A stretch of 34,533 bases of DNA from a bacterium (GTDB lineage: Bacteria > Zhuqueibacterota > Zhuqueibacteria > Zhuqueibacterales > Zhuqueibacteraceae): positions 1 through 34,533 of the forward strand of contig JBIOXB010000094.1 of assembly GCA_044869275.1 (NCBI GenBank), given 5' to 3'. This document shows, piece by piece, positions 27,628 through 34,533 of this stretch. The notes beneath the pieces were generated by a model. The model had not been told where the DNA came from. It was given only the letters and a program-made list of their open reading frames with translations, and made no database searches. The translations under genes were made by a program, and so were the position numbers. Within the stretch, counting starts at the first letter, position 1. Each line of letters begins with the position of its first letter.

Positions 27628-27734
27628 CTATTCAACTCACTGCCTGGGCGCTTTTGCTTTTTCTCGAGTGAAAAAAATGCATTGAAAAGTCAACTCCCCG
27701 CCGGGAAGATTTACAGCACCGGGGCAGATGTCGC

Positions 27735-30701
27735 TTACAATCTGAATTGTAATCCCAGATCAGCCGTTCTGCCGTAGCCTTCCAGCCGGGTTGGCCGGTC
27801 GTTTCTGAAAACATAACGCCGATCACGCGTGTTCGACAGATTGGAAACAGTAAAATAGGCGTCCCACCGGCTGAAAAAGCGTTGCCGCAGCGACAAATCC
27901 CAACGGGTAAAGGAATCGTCGTAACCATCCTGTTCTTCGAGCACACCGATATCACGCAAGCTTTCGGATTGATGGAACATTGACACTCTGGCGGAGAATC
28001 CGCCGATATCATAGCCCAACGAGAGGTTTGCGAGATGATCGGCTTGACCAGGCACGTGTATTTCACGATAAACCGGAACACGCTCCGTCCTGAAAAATGG
28101 CGGCACGGGGAGAGAAACGGTTCTGGTTTGAAAATCGCGTACACCGATTTTTGAGCTCAGGCGAGCATAGTTGAATCCCAGCACGACGCCCTTAAAAAAG
28201 CCCGGCACCGGCCAACGCCGCAGGTTGGTTTGAATGTCAAACTCGAGGCCTTGCACTTCTCCAGTCTCCGGAAGATTAATCGGCATATTAAGGGTCTGAG
28301 TGATCAGCAAGCCGGTGTGGCCGTATTGTGTATTCACTCCGCCCAAATCCAGGCCGAGCGAATCCACGAGTATATCCACCCTTTCCTGGTCCGCCACATA
28401 AACCCTGTAATTGATATTCACGCCCTCGAGCGATTTGTAGAAGGCTCCCACCGTAAACAGACCCCAGAATGAGTCGTAGAAAGATGCGTACGCATCGTAA
28501 CTCCAGGCACGGGTTGGTTTGAGATCGGAATTACCAAGATAGATGTTGCTTTCAGGGTTGGTGGTCAAGTTTTGAAAGGGCATCAGGTCATTGTAATCGG
28601 GCCGCGAAATGGTTCTCGTGAACGACAGACGAAGGTCAAACCAGTTTTTGGGCTTGATTTTGAGATGCACCATCGGCATCCAGTCATGATAGTTCACAAT
28701 GGCGGTCGTATCGTAAACAAAGAAGTCGGAACCTTTGCGAGGCACGGGGGGAGGACTGCTGTACGTGGTAATCAAAGTGTTGGCGAGATAGTCATTATCC
28801 ACGCCCTCATATCGAACGCCGGGTACAAATGTCAACAGCTGTTTATAGTTTAACTTAGCCATCACGTAGCCGGCAATAAGGTTTTCGTTGATGTCATAAT
28901 CGTTATTGCCGGACCAGGCTTCATTGATGACATATAACTCGCTTCCTCCATAGGTATCATAAAATGTTCGATTGGCCCCGGCATCCAGCACCGTGCCCAA
29001 ATCGGCCTCACCATCGAGGAAATCATGTGGTTGGTAAGAGGGATCGAGAAAATTGTTGGAATTCATGCTTTTCCATGGGTCGGAAAGATAGGCCCAGAGT
29101 TGGCCCCGTGTCCTCTTGCGGCTTCGATCCAGATGCTTGTACTTGCCGCCGAATTTTATCAAACCCGCCAGGTCATTGTTCAAAGTGAAGTCGTAACCGA
29201 GGTCCAATCCGCCGATATAGTTCCGCTCTTCCACGTCGTCGGTAACTGGGTTGGCGGTGTTGATGGGCAATTGCACCGCTCCCGGGACTTGATTGAAAAA
29301 AGCGATAGCACTGGTATCACGTGTGACCTCACGTGGAGTGGGCACCGGTATCGGGCCGGTAAAATTGAGCTGATGATTGAACGGAATCTCCGAGCGTGAA
29401 TAAGAGTGTGCGGCCACCCAGTCGAGATTAAATCCAAACAAGCGATTCTCGCCGCGCAGGGTATTCATGATTTGCTCAAGACTGCGATCCGTCACGGCAG
29501 TCCGCAGCGCCCCACTGCCGCTCGCTCCCACTTCTTGTATGCGCGACTGAATATTCCGTGTCGTCTTGCTGTAAAAATTCGTCAAAATCAGATTCCCTTC
29601 ATCGAAGTCATAATCAAGAATCAGGCTGCCACCCGAACGCTTTCTGGTTTCAAGCCGGTCTTCCACCTCCGAGCTCGTTACGATGACGGGCAAATTACCA
29701 GTCACCGGATCTTGCCTTTGTGGATCAATATTATAACTTCCCGCGAACAAGTCCGCGCTGCGGTTTCGCTTTTCGGTGTTGGCAGAAAACTGCAGTCCAA
29801 ACCTGTCATTGGCGAAACGCTGGCTGATCCGGCCAAAGAAATCGTATTGATTAAAATCGTCCTCCAAGCCATTGTAGGAGCCATAGCCTCGAATTAATCT
29901 TTCCGTGTTGGCCCCGGCTTGGGCAGTGCGGAGATTGACCGTACCGGCGATGGCATCGCCATCCATATCGGCCGTGGGCGCCTTGAACAGCTCTATGCCT
30001 TTGAGATTTTCTTGCGAAATGGCGCTCAGGTTCGTCGCTCTGGTTTCGTAGTTGTCCGACGCCGGTGCAGCCCCCGGGTCGCCTGCGTCACTCAATTCCG
30101 AGGTGGCGGCCATGTCGATGCCATCAACCGTAACTTTGGTAAACCTTGGCGACAGTCCACGCACGGCAACTTGGGAGCCCTCGCCCCCGTCTCGTTGCAG
30201 GGAGACTCCCGGTAGCCGAGCGATCGATTCCGCCGTATTGGCATCGGGTAGTTCCAGTATTTTCTCTGAGGAGACTACGTTTACCAACGCATCTGCTGAC
30301 AACTGGGTGTTGATCGCCGCCAATTGTCCCTCGCGCTGAGCCTGGACGACAATCTCCGTCCCTTCAATGATAGTGCTGATCAATCCCACGTCAAGACTGA
30401 CGCGGCCATCTGCACCCACCGTCACCGGCTCTTCTTTGGTGGTGTAACCGATATAGGTCACCCGCAGTTTGTAGCTCCCGGCAGGAACGGAGTTGATGAC
30501 ATAACGGCCGTTCAAATCCGTAGAAGAGCCGATGGCCGTGCCGATCAAAATCAAATTCGCACCTGGCAAGGGATCGCCGGTCTGGGCATCTTTGACGACT
30601 CCCATAATGTCGCCCGGAGCCGCCAGTAGCGTTGCCGCGGATCCGAACGAACAAATAATCAGTGCCACAAATAAAATGGCCTTGAAGCAGTGCAGATTCA
30701 T
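27735..30701 (-). CDS. TonB-dependent receptor with an N-terminal carboxypeptidase-regulatory-like domain
   Basis: N-domain GVVKDAQTGDPLPGAN...TYIGY; plug ELPDANTAESIARLPGVS...VRGL...IELFKAPTADMDGDAIAGTVNL. Barrel motifs GVRYE, SRPDY, LGNSDLKP and C-terminal GRTADLGLQFRL. AAGGAGG RBS. Confidence 0.95.
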   Translation of the reverse strand: MNLHCFKAILFVALIICSFGSAATLLAAPGDIMGVVKDAQTGDPLPGANLILIGTAIGSSTDLNGRYVINSVPAGSYKLRVTYIGYTTKEEPVTVGADGRVSLDVGLISTIIEGTEIVVQAQREGQLAAINTQLSADALVNVVSSEKILELPDANTAESIARLPGVSLQRDGGEGSQVAVRGLSPRFTKVTVDGIDMAATSELSDAGDPGAAPASDNYETRATNLSAISQENLKGIELFKAPTADMDGDAIAGTVNLRTAQAGANTERLIRGYGSYNGLEDDFNQYDFFGRISQRFANDRFGLQFSANTEKRNRSADLFAGSYNIDPQRQDPVTGNLPVIVTSSEVEDRLETRKRSGGSLILDYDFDEGNLILTNFYSKTTRNIQSRIQEVGASGSGALRTAVTDRSLEQIMNTLRGENRLFGFNLDWVAAHSYSRSEIPFNHQLNFTGPIPVPTPREVTRDTSAIAFFNQVPGAVQLPINTANPVTDDVEERNYIGGLDLGYDFTLNNDLAGLIKFGGKYKHLDRSRKRTRGQLWAYLSDPWKSMNSNNFLDPSYQPHDFLDGEADLGTVLDAGANRTFYDTYGGSELYVINEAWSGNNDYDINENLIAGYVMAKLNYKQLLTFVPGVRYEGVDNDYLANTLITTYSSPPPVPRKGSDFFVYDTTAIVNYHDWMPMVHLKIKPKNWFDLRLSFTRTISRPDYNDLMPFQNLTTNPESNIYLGNSDLKPTRAWSYDAYASFYDSFWGLFTVGAFYKSLEGVNINYRVYVADQERVDILVDSLGLDLGGVNTQYGHTGLLITQTLNMPINLPETGEVQGLEFDIQTNLRRWPVPGFFKGVVLGFNYARLSSKIGVRDFQTRTVSLPVPPFFRTERVPVYREIHVPGQADHLANLSLGYDIGGFSARVSMFHQSESLRDIGVLEEQDGYDDSFTRWDLSLRQRFFSRWDAYFTVSNLSNTRDRRYVFRNDRPTRLEGYGRTADLGLQFRL

Positions 30702-31028
30702 CTGGCCCTCCTTACAAAAGGTTTGAATTTGGGTCTCGGCTGCAGAGGCGTTGCGTCAGAATAAATCGAATCAATGCAAAAATGCGTGGATGGCAAATGT
30801 GAGAATGGCCGGCAGATCTCTTGGCCAAAAAAAGCGCGGCGAGAGATTATTGGCCGTCGTCGAAATCAAGCGAGAAGGGTGTTACAACTATTCAAATCAT
30901 GCATGCGTTCATCAGGCCTATGGCGGATGAACAAGATGAATATGATGTACTCTGGGAAACAGGCAGGATTAAAGCGCCGTAATTGGAAGCGCATACAAAT
31001 TGCGCCCATAGATAATTAATACAGCGAA

Positions 31029-31063
31029 GCAATACCAGCAATTGCCCGCAAATAACCGCAATC
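31029..31063. promoter_or_regulatory. Four helically phased GCAA(T/A) direct repeats; candidate operator in the divergent promoter region
   Basis: GCAATA at 31029, GCAATT at 31038, GCAAAT at 31048 and GCAATC at 31058 (spacings 9, 10, 10). Confidence 0.45.
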
Positions 31064-31226
31064 AACATGTTTCCATCAAACTTAAATACTGAATTATTAA
31101 TGGCAAGGGCAGCGTTGCTGCTATTTTCTGCGTGGACAATTTTCCTATTGCGTTTTACGGTGTCCATTTTTACATATGAACCAATTCTTGCCTTAAGTTT
31201 CGCAAATCGAATCCGGGTTTGAGGCG

Positions 31227-32471
31227 ATGAACAACCACACCGGAATCAACGCGAGCACGAAACAGAGAATTCTCGACGAGATTTTAGAGAGCGAGGATTT
31301 CCGCCAGGCCCAGAAATACCAGGACCTGTTGCGCTATTTGGTGCGCGCGGCGATCAGCGGCGAGACCGTCAAGGAATCGACGATTGCGGTGGAATGCTTC
31401 AGCAAAGACGCGGCTTTCGATCCGGCCATGGATTCCAGCGTGCGCGCCTCCGTCAGCAATCTCAGAAAAAAATTAGATCATTATTATCTCACCAAAGGCA
31501 AGGACCATGACATCAGGCTCACCATCCCGAAAGGACACTACACCGTTGAATTCCTTCATACTCACGAACCGGGGGGAATCAAACCCACCCTGGCGCGCAA
31601 ACGGCTCCCTTGGCTTTATGTACCGCTGGTATTGGCGGTACTGGCTGGTCTGGCCTTTTTCCTCTGGCGCGGTGTTACGCGCTCCGAATCTTCTTTCAAC
31701 ATCATCCCCAAAAACGACCCGGTGTGGAGCGCGCTGTTCGCCAACAATTTAAAAACCTTGATCGTCTTGGGAGATTATTACTTTTTTTCCATGCCGGTCG
31801 ATTCCGGGAGGCTGAACTACATCCGCGATATCGCCATCAATTCGGACGAAGACTTGGAAGCGTTTATCGCGGGCCATCCCATACTGCAAAAGAAAATCGC
31901 CAAGACCTATCATACTTACCTGGAAGAGCACATTCCCTGGTGCTTGTCTTACATCCTGCCTTCGTTCGTGAGCCACGACAAAACCGTCGAGCTGAAGCTG
32001 GCTTCCGAAGTGCAACTGGAAGATTTGCAGAAGCACAACATCATTTATCTTGGTCCCTACAAAACCCTGCAAATCCTGAAAACCGTCACGCGCAATCTCA
32101 ATTTCAAGTATTCTCCACAAAAAGGCGGGAGCACGCTCACGTACTTTTTGCAGGATTCCAACAAGACTTTTACTTATTCCTGGCTGACGAACCCGGAAAC
32201 CAAGGCGCGCAATGACTATGCGCTGGTGCTGAAAGTATTCGGCTACAGCGGCAATGTCTTTCTCTTCTTCATCTCCGAGCACGATTTCGGCAACATCTCG
32301 ACGGTGAAATATTTTACCCATCCGGAGCATCTCAAGGAATTCGGTGGCCTCGTCTCCACCGGCCATTTCGAGGCGCTGTTCGAAGCCAAGGGCATCATCC
32401 GCACGGACTTCAGCATGCAGTTGCTGCATATCAACAAACTGCATTCGGATTTTGAGATTGATCTGCCGTGA
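31227..32471 (+). CDS. Membrane-anchored one-component regulator: N-terminal winged-helix-like domain, single TM helix, extracytoplasmic domain
   Basis: ILESEDF...LLRYLV...KESTIAVECFSKDAAFDPAMDSSVRASVSNLRKKLDHYY...IPKGHY resembles the OmpR/trans_reg_C-like VRxxVSxLRKKL helix. TM segment WLYVPLVLAVLAGLAFFLW. Divergent from the TBDR. Confidence 0.75.
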   Translation: MNNHTGINASTKQRILDEILESEDFRQAQKYQDLLRYLVRAAISGETVKESTIAVECFSKDAAFDPAMDSSVRASVSNLRKKLDHYYLTKGKDHDIRLTIPKGHYTVEFLHTHEPGGIKPTLARKRLPWLYVPLVLAVLAGLAFFLWRGVTRSESSFNIIPKNDPVWSALFANNLKTLIVLGDYYFFSMPVDSGRLNYIRDIAINSDEDLEAFIAGHPILQKKIAKTYHTYLEEHIPWCLSYILPSFVSHDKTVELKLASEVQLEDLQKHNIIYLGPYKTLQILKTVTRNLNFKYSPQKGGSTLTYFLQDSNKTFTYSWLTNPETKARNDYALVLKVFGYSGNVFLFFISEHDFGNISTVKYFTHPEHLKEFGGLVSTGHFEALFEAKGIIRTDFSMQLLHINKLHSDFEIDLP

Positions 32472-32495
32472 GGGCAGGATGATGGAGCAGATTCC

Positions 32496-32517
32496 GCCGG
32501 ATGATGAATCATCCGGC
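32496..32517. repeat. REP-like short palindrome
   Basis: GCCGGATGA-TGAA-TCATCCGGC followed by TAC, just after the regulator stop codon. Confidence 0.6.
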
Positions 32518-32544
32518 TACGAGGTGAAAGCGCCATAAATGCCG

Positions 32545-32644
32545 CACCCTGAGCTTGTCGAAGGGAGCTTGTCGAAGGGTGCTAAGTTCAAAAATCGGCT
32601 TCGACAAGCTCAGCCGGCGTTGAAACCAAGCGTTTTCATACAGT
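32545..32644. repeat. Partial homologue of element C with an internal 14-bp tandem duplication
   Basis: CACCCT(GAGCTTGTCGAAGG)x2 GTGCTAAG...GGCTTCGACAAGCTCAGCC...CGTTTTCATACAGT parallels 9349-9437. The left TIR is missing. Confidence 0.75.
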
Positions 32645-32772
32645 AAAATCTCATTTCCGGAGGGCACGTTCTCAGAAATCATTCATCTGGAGCGAGCCCA
32701 GAAGCCGGACGTCGTGGAGCAGCTTGCTCTCCGCTTCGAAAGCCTAGTGCATTGTAACCTTAATTTTTGAAG

Positions 32773-32825
32773 GTCACCCTGAGCGAAGTCGAAGGGCGGT
32801 ATGGTTCGACTCCGCTCACCATGAC
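32773..32825. repeat. REP-like palindrome (element C core without TIRs)
   Basis: GTCACCCTGAGCGAAGTCGAAGGG...TTCGACTCCGCTCACCATGAC. Confidence 0.75.
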
Positions 32826-33207
32826 TAAAAAACTATGGTAACAGCGTACTCGGCGCAGACCACCCGCTGAAGACCGTTCCGGCACCACCGGTGGGACAAG
32901 CCGCGTAACTCTTTGGCGCGCCGTGCTAGGGAGCAACAGCCACGGGCGTTGCCTGAAAGGCAAGGCAACCGCCCGCGGCAGACGTGCTGGCGCCTTATTC
33001 GGCCTGCCACCGTCGTCGACCAGGCTGGATAAGATCATAAAATACAAGGATCGATGTCTGGAACCGCAATATCCAGCCGTGTAGAGGCTGATGAAAGCTT
33101 TAAACTCCATTACACGGTCGGGTAATCGCCCACGAAAGCTTTCGCACGCCATTACACGGCTGGAAGCTGATCTCTATAAACCCACTTCGTGCTTTGGGGT
33201 ACTCGTA

Positions 33208-33242
33208 TTGGTCGGTGGTCAGTTGTCCGTGGTTCGTGGTCT
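33208..33242. repeat. Degenerate heptamer tandem array downstream of the four-helix-bundle gene
   Basis: TTGGTCG GTGGTCA GTTGTCC GTGGTTC GTGGTCT. Confidence 0.65.
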
Positions 33243-33262
33243 GGGAAATGGAAGACCATGAT

Positions 33263-33490
33263 TCATTTCTGACTTGATTTATTTCCATTGCTCGTTTTCT
33301 TCTCTTGGACGTCGCCAATGGAACGCAAATAGGCGTTTAAGCTGGGTGCCAACTCATCGACAATTGGCTTGAGGCTATTTACCTGTTCGCGTGTCAAAAG
33401 TTGCCGCCTGTAAGCACGCCGCAGAAAGTGCTTGGTTTCAATGCACAAGATTTCCAGGTCGCGATGACTTTGTGGTTTGCTCCTATTCAT
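33263..33490 (-). pseudogene. Four-helix-bundle protein (23S rRNA IVS/bAvd-like family) with an in-frame internal deletion
   Basis: The N-terminal SHRDLEI motif is fused directly to the C-terminal ETKHFLRRAYRRQLL...ELAPSLNAYLRSI. The conserved central SIxANIAEG segment is missing. Confidence 0.75.
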
Positions 33491-33502
33491 GGCTTGCCCC
33501 TT

Positions 33503-33572
33503 TTGGTTGTTTGTCGTTGGTTGTTGGTCGTTAGTCGTTGCTCGTACCGCCTACTTACCGACCAACGACCAA
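33503..33572. repeat. Heptamer tandem array (TTGGTCG-like x6) plus inverted CGACCAA x2 upstream of the four-helix-bundle gene
   Basis: TTGGTTG TTTGTCG TTGGTTG TTGGTCG TTAGTCG TTGCTCG (33503-33544) and CGACCAA CGACCAA (33559-33572). Confidence 0.8.
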
Positions 33573-33587
33573 CCTCACTGCCTCAAC

Positions 33588-34214
33588 TCACGCACGTCCC
33601 TTGCGCTTCTTCAACCATTCCTCGCAATCGCGATGAATATGCACGCCGATTTCACTTTTACCCTGTTTGCGGTAAAGCGGCGACTCGACGGCTTTCTCAA
33701 TCTGGTCGACGATAAATTCCAGGCCGGCGATTTCTTCATCGAGATTCATGACATCGTTCTCGGCCATGAGGATGAGATGGTCGATACCGCTGTGATACAT
33801 CATGACTTGCAAGCGGATGCCTTCATTGGGCGCTGCGGCCATGGCATGTTCGAGAAACTCCTTCTCGACTTCGAGCTGTTGTTTGTGGACTTCCGCGGCG
33901 TCGCGCTGGGCCATTTTGTCGAACAGTTCTTTTTCGTACTCTTGCCAGAGCTCGACACGAACATAATCCTTCTGCTCGCGCTCATTGCTGGGCGAGAGCA
34001 CGCCAAAAGTGCATTCGTCGATGGCACAATCGATCCAATCCACCTCTTTGGCCCGCGGCGACTCACGAAACTGCTCCAACGCCTGCAGCGCCTCGGGATG
34101 ATCGACATGCGCCAGGGTCATGGCGATCTTTTGCAGCTCATCTGTGGAAGTTTGCGAATCATTGAGCTTGGTGATCCACAACTTGAGCTCAGCCGGAGTG
34201 CAGTCTGAATGCAT
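33588..34214 (-). CDS. Hypothetical acidic helical/coiled-coil protein
   Basis: 208-aa ORF with a strong AAGGAGG RBS, host-like codon usage, a HEAT-like start (AMTLAHVDHPEALQALEQF) and a coiled-coil middle. No family recognised. Confidence 0.8.
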   Translation of the reverse strand: MHSDCTPAELKLWITKLNDSQTSTDELQKIAMTLAHVDHPEALQALEQFRESPRAKEVDWIDCAIDECTFGVLSPSNEREQKDYVRVELWQEYEKELFDKMAQRDAAEVHKQQLEVEKEFLEHAMAAAPNEGIRLQVMMYHSGIDHLILMAENDVMNLDEEIAGLEFIVDQIEKAVESPLYRKQGKSEIGVHIHRDCEEWLKKRKGRA

Positions 34215-34237
34215 AACATTTCCTCCTTGTTTTCCGG

Positions 34238-34302
34238 AAAGTCGGACTTGCGCCTCGGGAGGTTTGGTGTCCTCTCAGTTTTCGTTGCGCAAGTCCGACT
34301 TT
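34238..34302. repeat. Perfect 16-bp inverted repeat with a 33-nt spacer
   Basis: AAAGTCGGACTTGCGC (34238-34253) / GCGCAAGTCCGACTTT (34287-34302), directly upstream of the RBS of the hypothetical gene. Confidence 0.85.
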
Positions 34303-34490
34303 GCCCCATTTTCACTCAAAACATAAACATGTAGTGAAAACCTTTTCATTTTTTGCTGTAAATTCAAAACTTAGCACCAGCAAGTGTCGAACTCGGGCTA
34401 ACGTTCAACCACCATCTTGCCATTCCCAAATACGCCACCTTTACCCACATGCACGACTTCACTCAGCCCTAGCAAATTCATGAAATCTCC

Positions 34491-34514
34491 GCCTGCGATT
34501 GAATTCGCAGGCTA
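34491..34514. repeat. REP-like short palindrome
   Basis: GCCTGCGA-TTGAAT-TCGCAGGC followed by TA; same layout as 32496-32517. Confidence 0.6.
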
Positions 34515-34533
34515 AAAGTCGGAAGGCGGCTTG

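Noticed and set aside
31192..31204. CTTAAGTTTCGCA resembling an IS terminal repeat like the one at the left edge
   Set aside because: Only 9/13 identical to the reverse complement of that end, with no partner repeat or target duplication found.
33074..33165. CTGATGA...GAAA suggesting a hammerhead ribozyme, and AGCCGTGT...ACACGG suggesting group II intron domain V
   Set aside because: I could not build stem II closed by GAAA or the cleavage triplet. The domain V length and bulge do not fit, and no RT gene or other intron domains are visible.
33263..33490. Diversity-generating retroelement suggested by the Avd-like family gene
   Set aside because: No reverse transcriptase and no template/variable repeat pair with adenine-specific differences in the window.
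1..34533. CRISPR array, tRNA or rRNA genes, integron attC array
   Set aside because: No regularly spaced repeat-spacer series, cloverleaf or rRNA motifs were seen. The palindromes lack consistent RYYYAAC/GTTRRRY ends and no integrase is present.

Overview
GC-rich bacterial chromosomal segment. The PNPFNP/FlgD-type C-terminal sorting domains, the SusD-less TonB receptor and canonical Shine-Dalgarno use suggest an FCB-associated lineage such as KSB1, Calditrichota or Ignavibacteria; this is inference only. Almost all genes lie on the minus strand and form a large uronate/glycan utilisation locus. In transcription order it holds a TonB-dependent receptor, a secreted beta-helix protein with a sorting domain, a KdgF cupin, a heparinase II/III-type lyase, GH29-like (broken) and GH95-like hydrolases, a secreted PQQ sugar dehydrogenase, GH88, GH97, GH2 and a broken alginate-lyase-family gene. 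It is headed by a divergent ToxR-like membrane-anchored regulator with ~10-bp-phased GCAA repeats between the two genes. Downstream are an IorA/IorB-type molybdo-oxidoreductase pair split by a repeat-flanked GxxExxY gene, and an exported Gfo/Idh/MocA + TIM-barrel + DUF1080 + DoxX + PmoA-like cluster whose last gene is cut by an IS end at the left edge. The intergenic DNA is unusually rich in small elements. These include MITE-like units with different terminal inverted repeats but a shared hairpin core (one nested in another with a clear target duplication), REP-like palindromes, and 7-, 9/18- and ~16-nt repeat arrays. Some arrays flank single genes (GxxExxY, four-helix bundle) and others are empty. 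Four clean deletion junctions affect four genes.
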